Source: Sedimentisphaerales bacterium
GTDB taxonomy: Bacteria; Planctomycetota; Phycisphaerae; Sedimentisphaerales; SM23-30
NCBI GenBank assembly: GCA_963663965.2
Contig: CAXXFK010000021.1
Coordinates: forward strand, 1-64,000
Length of the DNA: 64,000 nt
Direction of reading: 5' to 3'
Shown here: positions 20,664-29,809 of the stretch, piece by piece
Layout: each line of letters opens with the position of its first letter
How positions within the stretch are numbered: position 1 is the stretch's first letter
Program-made: the position numbers and the translations under genes
Notes under the pieces: generated by a model
Told to the model about the DNA's origin: nothing
The model's database searches: none
Seen by the model: the letters and a program-made list of their open reading frames with translations, nothing else

Positions 20664-20990
20664 CTATAAAGATATAGGAACAACTAAAAATATACCTGGA
20701 GTCTTTTTCATGGAATACCTATAAAAATGGCCCAAATATGCTCCTTGAACTGCATTTTCTTGCCAAGGGACAGCTAATCCCCTAGCATATGGTGGGCCAC
20801 CTTTCAAAGTTGAAGCATATGGAAACTCATCGATCCAATAGCCAGGCCTTCTTAGGTAACTATAACGTGCTATTACCCAGCTTCGATTTCTCCTTGTAGA
20901 AATTGGGGCAGCATGATATGTAAGAATCCCTTGGGGCAGGTCTTCAAGAGCCAAATAAGGTTGATTGGGAAGATGGCTTGGGATGTTATC
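20664..20990 (-). pseudogene. Orphan toxin tip, NucA/NucB-type DNase, lacking an Rhs core
   Basis: RRNR...IDEFPYASTLKGG...VPWQENAVQGAYLGHFY, matching the NucA/NucB DE(F/Y)P(F/Y)AST..GG...EN..QG pattern. Confidence 0.75.
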
Positions 20991-21363
20991 GTTCAGGTTT
21001 ATTTCCATACAATGCACAATATGCCATAAAAATAATTAAAACAATATATGCAAAAACGATTAATAAAATTACTAAATATTTTTTATTTTTCGTTTTTAAA
21101 TATTGATTTGTTAATAAATATATAATAGCAAACTCAATGCAAAAAACAAAAATACGAACAATAAGTGCTGTAATGCCTCCACTTTCACCATCTAACCAAG
21201 ATGCAATATTAAGATTTAGAACAGCCAAAGGCACACTTACAGGAGATAAAAGAAGCTGCCTTAGGGGTAATAAATATCCCATCACATCGCTCATCGCATA
21301 AGACAGTCCTGCAATAAATAAGGTAATGAGAAATAACCGCTTTGTTCTTATATTGCTTAACAT
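20986..21363 (-). CDS. Small membrane putative immunity protein
   Basis: 125 aa, 3-4 TM segments, GGAG RBS; follows the IS66-split toxin. Confidence 0.7.
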   Translation of the reverse strand: MLSNIRTKRLFLITLFIAGLSYAMSDVMGYLLPLRQLLLSPVSVPLAVLNLNIASWLDGESGGITALIVRIFVFCIEFAIIYLLTNQYLKTKNKKYLVILLIVFAYIVLIIFMAYCALYGNKPER

Positions 21364-21411
21364 AATTGCTCCAAATTAGTATCTATATTCATTAAATGAC
21401 AATAGATGATG

Positions 21412-21892
21412 CTAAAACTTATATGATTTATATATTTCAGTAGTTTTATATGCTGCATTTTCTGTTCCCCACGAATCATTTACAACTGCTTCATAAAGAT
21501 TTCCAACTGGTCGAATTGGAACACTTCCTGGATAGAAAAATAGAATATTTCTCTTATCTTCACTATCATACCAACTCGACCGTGAAACTTTATTAGATTC
21601 ATTTAAATATTTTTCTGGAAGAAGTATTATTATATTATCTGGCTCACGGGCGTCTCTGCCTGTTTTTCTAATAGTAAAGAATAATGCGGCTGGAATAAAA
21701 CCAATACCTTTTCGTTTTTCAGCAATGTCAGATGAAGAAAAAGTTTTTTTCAATTGGGAAGCAAGGTTATCAGCAGCATCTAAACATGCTCTTGATGTAA
21801 CTCTTGGATAAAGCGTGGCATATTCCTCGAAAATATAATTAATATCAGCATCTTCATATACCTTCGAAGAATTAATATTACTATAATTATTA
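21412..21892 (-). pseudogene. Distal half of an orphan Rhs toxin domain split by IS66
   Basis: Removing the IS66 and one TSD restores ...KIREYLHNNYSNINSSKVYEDAD...QLKKTFSS...YKSYKF* in frame. Confidence 0.8.
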
Positions 21893-21968
21893 GTATCCGT
21901 TCGGTGAAGTACCCGTTGTCAGGTTGGTGGAGGGGTGTTATAATTGTTTGGGGTGAGTTTCGACCGTT

Positions 21969-23540
21969 TTAGTCTGGGGTAGCGGACCATTTATCCGGCA
22001 GCAGTTCACTCAGTCGGCTGACTGGGATATCGCTGATCCGGTCGAGGACATTCTTGAGATACACCTGTGGATTCAGGTCGTTGCGTTTGGCGCTCTGGAT
22101 GATCGACATCAGAATCGCCGCGGCGCGGCCGCCCCGGTCGCTGCCCATGAACAGCCAGTTTTTCCGCCCGATAGCGACCGGTTTCATCTGTCTTTCCGCT
22201 TCATTATTGTCGATGTCAAACTCTCCGTCGGTCGTATAACGACACAACGCCTCCCAGCCGTTTTCCGCATAATTGATTGCCTTGCGGAACGGGCTTTCCG
22301 GCAGGGCCTGCCGGTCGGTAATCCCAGCCAGCCACTGCTTAAAATCAGCCAGGATCTTAACCGACTTCTCCTGCCGCACCGCGTACTTTTCCTGCGGACT
22401 CTTCTCCTTCAGCTGCTTTTCAATCTGGTACAACGGCTGGATAAAGGCGAGCGCAGTCAGGCTGAACTGGGGCGCGGTCTTTTCCGCCTCCCGGAACTTG
22501 CGGCGCGCATGGGCCCAGCACAGCAGTTCTTGCACCGACCGCTGGGGGTCGTTAAAAATAAAGTCGTACCCGGCATAGGCATCTGCCTGGATAAAGCCGG
22601 AGGTAAAATCCCGCAAAAACTCGGCCGGACCGTGACGGCTCCGGTCCGGGGTAAAATCATAGACATAATACGGATAAGACGGGTCGCCGGCATAGATCCA
22701 CAAGCGCGATTGGCTCATGCCTTTGGGGTGGTTTTTATCCTGTTTACTGACCGGGGTGTCATCGGTTTTGATGACTTTTGACTGCAAAACCCTCGTTTTC
22801 ATCAAGTCATACAATGGAACCAGCAAGTCCGCCGTATTCATCATCCAGCCGCACAGGGTCGACCGGCTGAGCTCGATGTCATGACGATGGAAGATCTGTT
22901 CAATGCGATACAACGGCAGGTGGTCGAGGTATTTGCTGACCGCCACATAAGTCAGTAATCCGGAGGCCGCCAGTGATTTTTCTAACGGCTGATTCGCCTT
23001 GGGAGCCGTCTCGATCCGGCCCTCGCATCGTTTATTCTTGCAGGCATATTTATAACGGATATGCTCATTAATGAATAATCGGGCGGGAATATACTCCAGT
23101 TGCTCCGATTTGTCTTCCCCGATACGCTCCATCGCAATGCCGCAGCAGGAACAGGTCTTCTCCGATTCATCCAGATCATGGATAATCTGCCGGCGTTCCA
23201 TATGCGCCGGAAAGGTATTGCGCCTTTTCGGCTGGTTGCGGGTATAGGAGATGGTCTCTTTTTCAGGAGGGGTCTTTTCCGCTGCCTGCTCCTGAGCTTT
23301 CAGTTCGGCCAGATAATCCTGCATAAACGGAAGAAGTTGTTTGGGATCAATCTCTTCCAGCCGTTCCGATTTGCGGCCGAACCGCTGTTCCAGCAGTTTT
23401 TGGATGCCATGTTCCAGTCGGGTCACTTTCCGCTCATACTTCTCGATCGTTTCAAAAAGCGTGCGAATCAGTTCATGGCAAAGACCGATGTCTTCGGGGA
23501 GTTCCACTGGAGAGGTGTTGTTTGCTTCCTTGCTTATCAC
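21969..23540 (-). CDS. tnpC: IS66 transposase TnpC
   Basis: FGRKSE, CSCC zinc ribbon, HLPLYR, TDDTP, CWAHARRKF, IDNNEAER, GRKNWLF. Confidence 0.95.
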   Translation of the reverse strand: MISKEANNTSPVELPEDIGLCHELIRTLFETIEKYERKVTRLEHGIQKLLEQRFGRKSERLEEIDPKQLLPFMQDYLAELKAQEQAAEKTPPEKETISYTRNQPKRRNTFPAHMERRQIIHDLDESEKTCSCCGIAMERIGEDKSEQLEYIPARLFINEHIRYKYACKNKRCEGRIETAPKANQPLEKSLAASGLLTYVAVSKYLDHLPLYRIEQIFHRHDIELSRSTLCGWMMNTADLLVPLYDLMKTRVLQSKVIKTDDTPVSKQDKNHPKGMSQSRLWIYAGDPSYPYYVYDFTPDRSRHGPAEFLRDFTSGFIQADAYAGYDFIFNDPQRSVQELLCWAHARRKFREAEKTAPQFSLTALAFIQPLYQIEKQLKEKSPQEKYAVRQEKSVKILADFKQWLAGITDRQALPESPFRKAINYAENGWEALCRYTTDGEFDIDNNEAERQMKPVAIGRKNWLFMGSDRGGRAAAILMSIIQSAKRNDLNPQVYLKNVLDRISDIPVSRLSELLPDKWSATPD

Positions 23541-23579
23541 GAGTCATATCCTAAGCAAAAATGCTTGAAATTGCAAGTG

Positions 23580-23921
23580 TTATTTTAGCTTAAAACGTGC
23601 TTTTAATGCAGTTTTATGCGGTTTTAAGCCTTTCAGCATCATCGCCAGTTGACGATGATCCACGGCATGATCCGCGCCGGTTGGCGGGATGGAAAAGGTG
23701 CCTTTTTCCAGGCGCTTATACCAGATGGCATAGCCATCTTGATCCCAGTATAAACACTTGATCCGATTGCCGCGTTTATTGCGAAAGATAAAGATGTGGC
23801 CGCTGAGCGGATTCTGGCAGAGAACCGACTCCACCAGAACGGCCAGGGCATCGAAGCTCTTTCGCATGTCCGTGGGCTCCTGGCAAAGATAGATCTTGAC
23901 GGAGGAGGGCAGATGCCACAT
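23580..23921 (-). CDS. tnpB: IS66 accessory protein TnpB
   Basis: PTDMRKSFDAL, IFIFRN, KCLYWD, KRLEKG. Confidence 0.93.
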   Translation of the reverse strand: MWHLPSSVKIYLCQEPTDMRKSFDALAVLVESVLCQNPLSGHIFIFRNKRGNRIKCLYWDQDGYAIWYKRLEKGTFSIPPTGADHAVDHRQLAMMLKGLKPHKTALKARFKLK

Positions 23922-23924
23922 ACG

Positions 23925-24254
23925 CTACCTCCGGCACAAGGCGATGACTTTGTCGAGTTGGGCCAGGTCGCACGCTTCCGGCACATCGATGGATATCCCC
24001 GAGGGCAGATTGATTCGGAGCAGAGAAAGCGCATGGGTCCTGACCTCGATAAAGGACGGTGGGTGTTTAGCCGTTTGGGCCGGAACATCAAGATCACTGC
24101 CCAGGATCTTCAACTTGCGGGCAAAGGTTGAGGTCGCCAGGTGATGCTCCCGGCAGTAATCCGAAATGCTCTGGCCGCTGAGTCGAAATTTATCGATCTC
24201 GGCCCGCCAGAATTCCTTGCTGCGAAATAGCCGTCGCTTGCCTGTTCGGCTCAT
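23925..24254 (-). CDS. tnpA: IS66 accessory protein TnpA (HTH)
   Basis: FWRAEIDKFRLSGQSISDYCREHHL; position inside the IS66. Confidence 0.85.
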   Translation of the reverse strand: MSRTGKRRLFRSKEFWRAEIDKFRLSGQSISDYCREHHLATSTFARKLKILGSDLDVPAQTAKHPPSFIEVRTHALSLLRINLPSGISIDVPEACDLAQLDKVIALCRR

Positions 24255-24354
24255 AATAGCTCCTGTCCTGATTAGAATATTGAATGTCAAATAACCTGGA
24301 CAGATTTTATCACACCCCCGCTATCCCGCAACGGGGGGTTCGCCGAACGGATAC

Positions 24355-25069
24355 AATTATTATGTAGATATTCACGAATTTTTCCAGGTCCAAATACCAT
24401 TGCTGGGAACTTTAATGACTTTGACCTGCCTTGAATTAGAGACCGAAAAGCAAATACGCCTACTACTGCAACCATTGTCCATGCAACAATCCTAGTCACA
24501 GTTCCAACCATCCCTCCAATCAACATCCTGCCACTTGGATCAATCCCATTCACCGGATTCCCATGACAATACAAATACTTATGCAGCGACTGCGGATCGC
24601 TGATATTCCCGGCGTAGGGATCCAACCGGTTGAAGCGGCCGTTGGCGGGATCGTAGTAGCGGGCGCGGAGGTAATATTGGCCCAGGGAACTGTCGTATTG
24701 CTCGCCGGTGTAGAGCAGGTTGGTGGCCGGAGCGGCGGTGGGATTGCCGCCCAGTAGATTACCGTAACCATCATATGAATAAGCCTTTATTACAGTTTGG
24801 GCCTGATTGACCAGTTGCCGGGTCGAGCCCTGACCGTCATAAAGTAGAGTATCCGGCGTCGTATCGCCATCCAACGGATTGTCATCCTGGGCCAGCACAT
24901 CATCACCGATGGTATAGGACCGGATGGAATCCGGACTGGCGGTTGCCGGATCCGGATCAACCTGGTTGTAGGCCAACTCCGCCGCCACCTGGGCATACCC
25001 GGTCGGATTGGCCGGATCGATCTTGTCGTCACCTGCTTGAGACGATTTTGCAGATTATATTCATAGGTC
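24355..25069 (-). pseudogene. Orphan Rhs core and start of toxin, between IS256 and IS66
   Basis: 24538-25022 is a near-copy of ~31478-31962; NPVNGIDPSG is followed by a different toxin; frameshifting junction at ~25022. Confidence 0.85.
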
Positions 25070-25194
25070 GGTAGCGTCAAGAATCTTTCGCACATTTTTT
25101 ATTAGTCTTTCATCTGGTAGAGTCTTTCAATGGAGGAGGGAGGGACAACTCCCTGCCCTGCCTCCCCGAGGGGAGGCAAAAATTTATCGGACGA

Positions 25195-26436
25195 TCATGC
25201 CATGACCACCTCCTCTTTTTCAGCTTTTTTCTCCTTCTCCAACTCATACAAATGATCCATATTCAAATAACGCCTCGTACCCCATTGGGTGCCGGCAATA
25301 TGTCTCAGGCGGGCCGTGGCCAGCATCAGGGCCGAGTGACCATCCGGGAAATTGCCCACCGCGCGCGTACGACGACGAATCTCACGCATGATCCGCTCCA
25401 GTGGATTATTGGTTCGCAACTGCCGCCAGTGCTTGTCGGGATATTGATAGTAAGTGAGTGTTTCGAGATAGCTTTCCTGGACCAATTCAGCGGCCTTGCC
25501 CAGTTTCATCTCCCGCAATTTGACAATCACTTGCTCGGCCTTCTGGATCGCCGCCTGGCGGTCTTCCTGGGCATGGATGGCCTTGAGCATGGCCGCTACC
25601 TCTCGCACCTTCTTGCGCGGCACATGACTGAACACGTTGCGATACCAGTGGACCGTGCAGCGCTGCCAGTCGGCCTCCGGAAAAACCTCGGCCAGCGCGT
25701 CCACCAGACCCAGGCATTTGTCGGAAACAAACAGGCGAACGCCCTGCAGGCCGCGGCGCTTTAAATCGCGTAAGAAACCGCCCCAACCGGCTTTATCCTC
25801 TTTGGCGCCCTCGCAGGAACCCAGCACTTCGCGATAGCCCTCCTGATCGACGGCAATGGCCACCAGAATCGAAACATTCTTGACTTCGCCGCCCCAGCAA
25901 CGTTTCAAAACGATGCCGTCCAGATAGACATAGGGATACGACCCTTCCAGTTTGCGGTTGCGCCATTGGTCGATCTGTTGATAGACTTTCTGATTCAGAT
26001 TGCTGATGGTGCCCGCACTGACACGGGCGCCCCACAGGCTTTCGGCGATGTCTTCGATACGCCGGACCGAAACGCCGGCCAGATACATCTCGATCAGGGC
26101 CTCTTCTACCGAAGACTCCCGGCGTTTATAGCGCTCGATGATGGCGGTTTCAAAGGTCGTTTTTCGCAGCTTGGGCATCTTCAAATTCACTTCGCCGGTC
26201 GTCGTATGAAACTTACGCGGATAATAGCCCGCCCGGGTATCGGTGCGGGCCTGGGTATGTTCATAACGCTGGGCGTTGCAGAGCTGGTCCGCCTCGGCGT
26301 CCAGCAGGGCATTGAGCGTGTCTTCCACACTCTGGCGCACCATCTGGCCCAACTGATCCTTCATCTGGGATTGGTCGATTTTTAAAATTTGGTTCAAGTT
26401 TCTAACGTCACTGGTCGATTCTTCTGTTTGACTCAT
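25195..26436 (-). CDS. IS256-family transposase
   Basis: RAGYYPR, EMYLAGVSVRR, YVYLDG, VSDKCLGL, WQRCTVH, RTNNPLER..REIRRR. Confidence 0.95.
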   Translation of the reverse strand: MSQTEESTSDVRNLNQILKIDQSQMKDQLGQMVRQSVEDTLNALLDAEADQLCNAQRYEHTQARTDTRAGYYPRKFHTTTGEVNLKMPKLRKTTFETAIIERYKRRESSVEEALIEMYLAGVSVRRIEDIAESLWGARVSAGTISNLNQKVYQQIDQWRNRKLEGSYPYVYLDGIVLKRCWGGEVKNVSILVAIAVDQEGYREVLGSCEGAKEDKAGWGGFLRDLKRRGLQGVRLFVSDKCLGLVDALAEVFPEADWQRCTVHWYRNVFSHVPRKKVREVAAMLKAIHAQEDRQAAIQKAEQVIVKLREMKLGKAAELVQESYLETLTYYQYPDKHWRQLRTNNPLERIMREIRRRTRAVGNFPDGHSALMLATARLRHIAGTQWGTRRYLNMDHLYELEKEKKAEKEEVVMA

Positions 26437-26481
26437 AGTCAGTCCTTTCATTTGGTGGTAGGTTGTACCCCTCCCCATTGT

Positions 26482-27408
26482 CTAGACAAAAATATTGACT
26501 TTCTTAGATGGAGTTATCGCCACGGTGGGGGCTGTCGCCCCGGAAGGAGCCCGGAGGGCGACTGGAGGGGCGACAGCCCCGGCGAACACCTCGGCCGGGG
26601 TAAGGTATCCCAGGGCCTCGTGCAGCCGTTCATGATTGTAAAACTCAAAATAGCGGCCCAGGCCTAACACCGCCTCGGCCACCGTCTGGTAATCTCGCAG
26701 ATAGACCTCCTCCACCTTGACCGAACGCCATAACCGTTCGACAAATATGTTGTCAAATACCCGGCCCCGGCCATCCATGCTGATTAAAATCCCGGCATCT
26801 TTCAAGGGCCGGATAAAATCCACTGATGTAAATTGGCTGCCCTGATCCGTATTGAAGATCTCCGGGGTGCCCTGGCCCAGCGCCTGCTCCAACGCCGATA
26901 CGCAAAAATCGGCCTCCAGCGTGATCGAAACTTCCCAGCTTAACACATAACGGCTGAACCAATCCATGACCGCCGTTAAGTACACCCAGCCCTGAGACAT
27001 GCGGATATAGGTAATATCGGTCGACCAGACCTGGTTCGGCCGGGTAACCACCACCCCATCAAGCAGGTAGGGATAAATCTTGTGGGCCGGGTCCGGTTGG
27101 CTCAAATGCCGCTTAACGCGCGGATAAATCGCTTCTAAGCCCATCAGCCGGAGCAAACGGCGCACGCGCTTCGGATTGACGATGTGGCCTTGACGACGCA
27201 GCCACTGCGTCATCTTGTCAACCCCGTAACAAGGGGTTTTGAGGTATTGTTCATCCAATAGCCGCATCAGACTCTCATGGTACTCCGTGTCCCGGCAGGG
27301 ACGATAATAGTAACTACTGCGGGCCAGGCCCAGCAGTTCACACTGACGATCGATCGGAATCCGGGGATGGCCCGGCTCTATCGCCAGGCGCTTCTGCTCA
27401 AGTGTCAA
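26482..27408 (-). CDS. IS3 OrfB (rve DDE integrase core)
   Basis: WSTDITYI, FNTDQGSQF, DNIFVERLWRSVK. Confidence 0.93.
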   Translation of the reverse strand: MTLEQKRLAIEPGHPRIPIDRQCELLGLARSSYYYRPCRDTEYHESLMRLLDEQYLKTPCYGVDKMTQWLRRQGHIVNPKRVRRLLRLMGLEAIYPRVKRHLSQPDPAHKIYPYLLDGVVVTRPNQVWSTDITYIRMSQGWVYLTAVMDWFSRYVLSWEVSITLEADFCVSALEQALGQGTPEIFNTDQGSQFTSVDFIRPLKDAGILISMDGRGRVFDNIFVERLWRSVKVEEVYLRDYQTVAEAVLGLGRYFEFYNHERLHEALGYLTPAEVFAGAVAPPVALRAPSGATAPTVAITPSKKVNIFV

Positions 27409-27688
27409 GCCCGGATTTTTTTTTAAGCCAGTCCAACTCCATCGTGAGTTGGCCGATCTGCTGATATAACTGATCCACCAAAGCCTGCTGCTCGCGCTGA
27501 TCCTGGTGGCGCCTCAGAGAAAAGATCTCCGGCAAGGCATTCAAAAGCTCCTTTTTCCACTGGGTAACCTGAGTCGGGTGTACCTGGTAAACCTTGGCCA
27601 ACTCCGCCAGCGTCTTGTCGCCCTTCAGGGCGGCCAGGGCCACTTTCGCCTTAAACTGGGCACTGTGATTTCGCCGTTTGCCTTTCAT
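27398..27688 (-). CDS. IS3 OrfA (HTH)
   Basis: HSAQFKAKVAL...QIGQLTMELDWLKKK. Confidence 0.93.
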   Translation of the reverse strand: MKGKRRNHSAQFKAKVALAALKGDKTLAELAKVYQVHPTQVTQWKKELLNALPEIFSLRRHQDQREQQALVDQLYQQIGQLTMELDWLKKKSGLDT

Positions 27689-27851
27689 TAAAACTGTCTC
27701 CTGAATACGAATTATTCAATCGGTTCAGGCGGCAATTCCATCTAAAAATCACCGTTTTTTTGTCCAGTTTTTGGGGAGTATTATAGGTTTCGGTTTCAAA
27801 AACTTCATCGACCAGATGAAGGACTGTTTTTACGGTGTCCTATAATATGTG

Positions 27852-29788
27852 GTCGCGGTAGGGACTGGGATTACTCCCAGCCCCCCGCACAGATCCGTAC
27901 GAGCGGAACTACCGCATACGGCTCCTACCTCGGGTCATAACGAGCAGCTTGTAAGCGTGCCTGGGGGTACGGATGCAGAATTTTTAGGCTGCGGAAGCCA
28001 TCTTGCTATCAGTTGGTACATTCGCCTCCAGGTCATGCGGCTTCGTTGACTGCGTCTTCTTAACGCTCTGAACCAAAGCCAGGCGACCCTACGGCGAAAG
28101 GTGCCAAGATAGCGAGATGTATTAGGAACGGCGTAGTATCGGTACCAGCCGCTGATAACAGAGTGAAGCCACTGGCCCATCTCCGGAATCGAGGTATAGC
28201 GCCGGTATTTGAGCTGTTCCTTGATTTCCTTTAGCTTGGCCTGCACCCGCTTTCTCATCGGCAACCGGAGCAACATAAACCGACCTTTACTTGACTTGGA
28301 ACAGATGTGCGTAAAGCCAAGAAAGTCGAATGTCTCAGGCTTGCCTTTACCTTGAGTAGTCCTTCGTTCTGTCGCATAGCGGCCGAACTGAATGAGCCGG
28401 GTTTTGGCCGGATGAAGCTTCAACTTGAACTTGCCAAATCGATTCTGCAGGTCCGTATGAAATCTATTGGCATCCGATTGATATTGGAATCCGACAACGA
28501 TATCGTCAGCATATCGAACGATAATCATATGCCCTTTGGCGTTACGCTTTCGCCATTGGTCAGCCCACAGATCAAATACATAATGAAGGTAGATATTCGC
28601 CAGCAATGGCGATATGCTCCCACCTTGCGGGGTGCCTTCCTTGATCTGCAGAAGTTTGTCTTCTTCCACGACTCCAGCATTCAACCATTTCTTGATATGC
28701 CGTACTACTCGCGGGTCTCCGATTCGGTGCTCGACGAATCTAATCAGCCAATCGTGATCGATGGCATCAAAGAAGCCGCTGATGTCAGCGTCGAGTACCC
28801 AGTTTATCTTACGCTTGAGTATGCCGACATAGAGAGCATCTAAGGCGTTGTGAGCACTGCGACCGGGACGAAAGCCATAGGAGAAGCCTTTGAAGTCAGC
28901 CTCATAAATAGCGTTCAATACCGTAGTCGTGCTACGCTGGACGATTTTATCCTCAATGGTAGTAATACCAATGGGACGCTGGCGTCCATCCGGTTTGGGG
29001 ATGAATACCCGCCTTACCGGTTTTGCCCGATATGCCCCCTTTCTCAGTCGTTCTGCCAGGCTATTGAGATTGTTCTCTAACCCGGCCTCATACTCTTGCC
29101 ATGTCTGGTCGTCCACACCCGGGGAAGCCTGCCGCTTAATGCGATAGAATTCTTCTCTCAGGTGGTCGACATGATAGACATGATGCCACAGGGAAGTAAA
29201 CTTTAGCTGTTTATCCCGGGTGGCTGCCTGTCGTATTCGTTCTAATGCGTTTGGCAAGCTTTCCCGGCCCGGTGTCCGGCACTTGTGCAGTAGAGACGAA
29301 TTGCCCTTGGTCAGGCCCCTTCCCTCTATCCTCTCCGCCAAGGCATGGCAACCAGCCTCTTTGTTCGAGAACTTCTTAGGTACTATGGGCCTGTCCGACT
29401 TCCCCTGTTCGTTCATCACAGCAGTACTCCAATTGGATTTTCTGTGCGGACCACAGGATAATGTGTCCTGAGGCCAAACAAGGGATCTCCCAGTTCCTGT
29501 GCAAGAAGTGTCCATGCGTGCCTGGGGTCTTCGACCGCGCGGAGTCCGGAATGTCTCTCGCGATAATAAGACATCCGGTGTTGCCTTCCGACATTTTCGA
29601 CAGCGTCGGCACTCCGTTCTATAATGTACAAACTTACGCGGCTCAATACCCAGCCCGCATCTTCCCCTGTCAACGCTTCAAGCATACCGTTACCGGTATG
29701 CCCACATGACTCGGGGCCAATGTGGTTTGCTAAACCTTCATTGTACGGCTCTTGCATCCGCTACTCCTTGCCAGTTACCTGGCGCTAC
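27852..29788 (-). mobile_element. Group II intron (bacterial class E-like) inserted in the IS256 terminal repeat
   Basis: 5' end GTAGCGCCAGG; domain V GAGCCGTATGCGGTAGTTCCGCTCGTACGGATC; domain VI ending CCCTACCGCGAC; candidate EBS1 CGAAAA (29594-29599) complementary to the 5'-exon end TTTTCG. Confidence 0.9.
27935..29416 (-). CDS. ltrA: Group II intron reverse transcriptase/maturase, no endonuclease domain
   Basis: PGVD, IPKPDGRQRPIG, SYGFRPGR, GTPQGG, RYADD, FDFLGF, RRRSQR; apparent +1 shift at 27981-27985 near the C-terminus. Confidence 0.93.
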   Translation of the reverse strand: MNEQGKSDRPIVPKKFSNKEAGCHALAERIEGRGLTKGNSSLLHKCRTPGRESLPNALERIRQAATRDKQLKFTSLWHHVYHVDHLREEFYRIKRQASPGVDDQTWQEYEAGLENNLNSLAERLRKGAYRAKPVRRVFIPKPDGRQRPIGITTIEDKIVQRSTTTVLNAIYEADFKGFSYGFRPGRSAHNALDALYVGILKRKINWVLDADISGFFDAIDHDWLIRFVEHRIGDPRVVRHIKKWLNAGVVEEDKLLQIKEGTPQGGSISPLLANIYLHYVFDLWADQWRKRNAKGHMIIVRYADDIVVGFQYQSDANRFHTDLQNRFGKFKLKLHPAKTRLIQFGRYATERRTTQGKGKPETFDFLGFTHICSKSSKGRFMLLRLPMRKRVQAKLKEIKEQLKYRRYTSIPEMGQWLHSVISGWYRYYAVPNTSRYLGTFRRRVAWLWFRALRRRSQRSRMTWRRMYQLIARWLPQPKNSASVPPGTLTSCSL

Positions 29789-29809
29789 CGAAAAATATTT
29801 TACCTTATC

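Larger units (their letters stand above)
21893..24354 (-). mobile_element. IS66-family insertion sequence
   Basis: Terminal IRs GTATCCGTTCGG(T/C)GAA; 8-bp TSD AATTATTA at 21885-21892 and 24355-24362; carries tnpA-tnpB-tnpC. Confidence 0.95.
26464..27785 (-). mobile_element. IS3-family insertion sequence
   Basis: Imperfect IRs TGTACCCCTCCCCATTGTCTAGACA / TATAATACTCCCCAAAAACTGGACA; 3-bp TSD GGT; orfA/orfB with an A9 slippery run at 27416-27424. Confidence 0.92.
25070..29809 (-). mobile_element. IS256-family element carrying two nested insertions
   Basis: IR GGTAGCGTCAAGAATCTTTCGCACAT from 25070. The other IR, GATAAGGTAAAATATTTTTCG|CACAT, is split by the intron. 8-bp TSD CATAGGTC at 25062-25069 and 29810-29817. 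Confidence 0.9.

Noticed and set aside
14916..29416. Diversity-generating retroelement (FGE/CLec-fold target plus a reverse transcriptase)
   Set aside because: The RT is a group II intron maturase (YADD, maturase domain, flanking domains V/VI). I found no template repeat matching the 3' end of the FGE gene in this window. A remote DGR cannot be excluded.
29416..29757. 113-aa ORF MQEPYNEGLANHIGPESC
   Set aside because: Lies in the structured 5' RNA of the group II intron; treated as a spurious translation.
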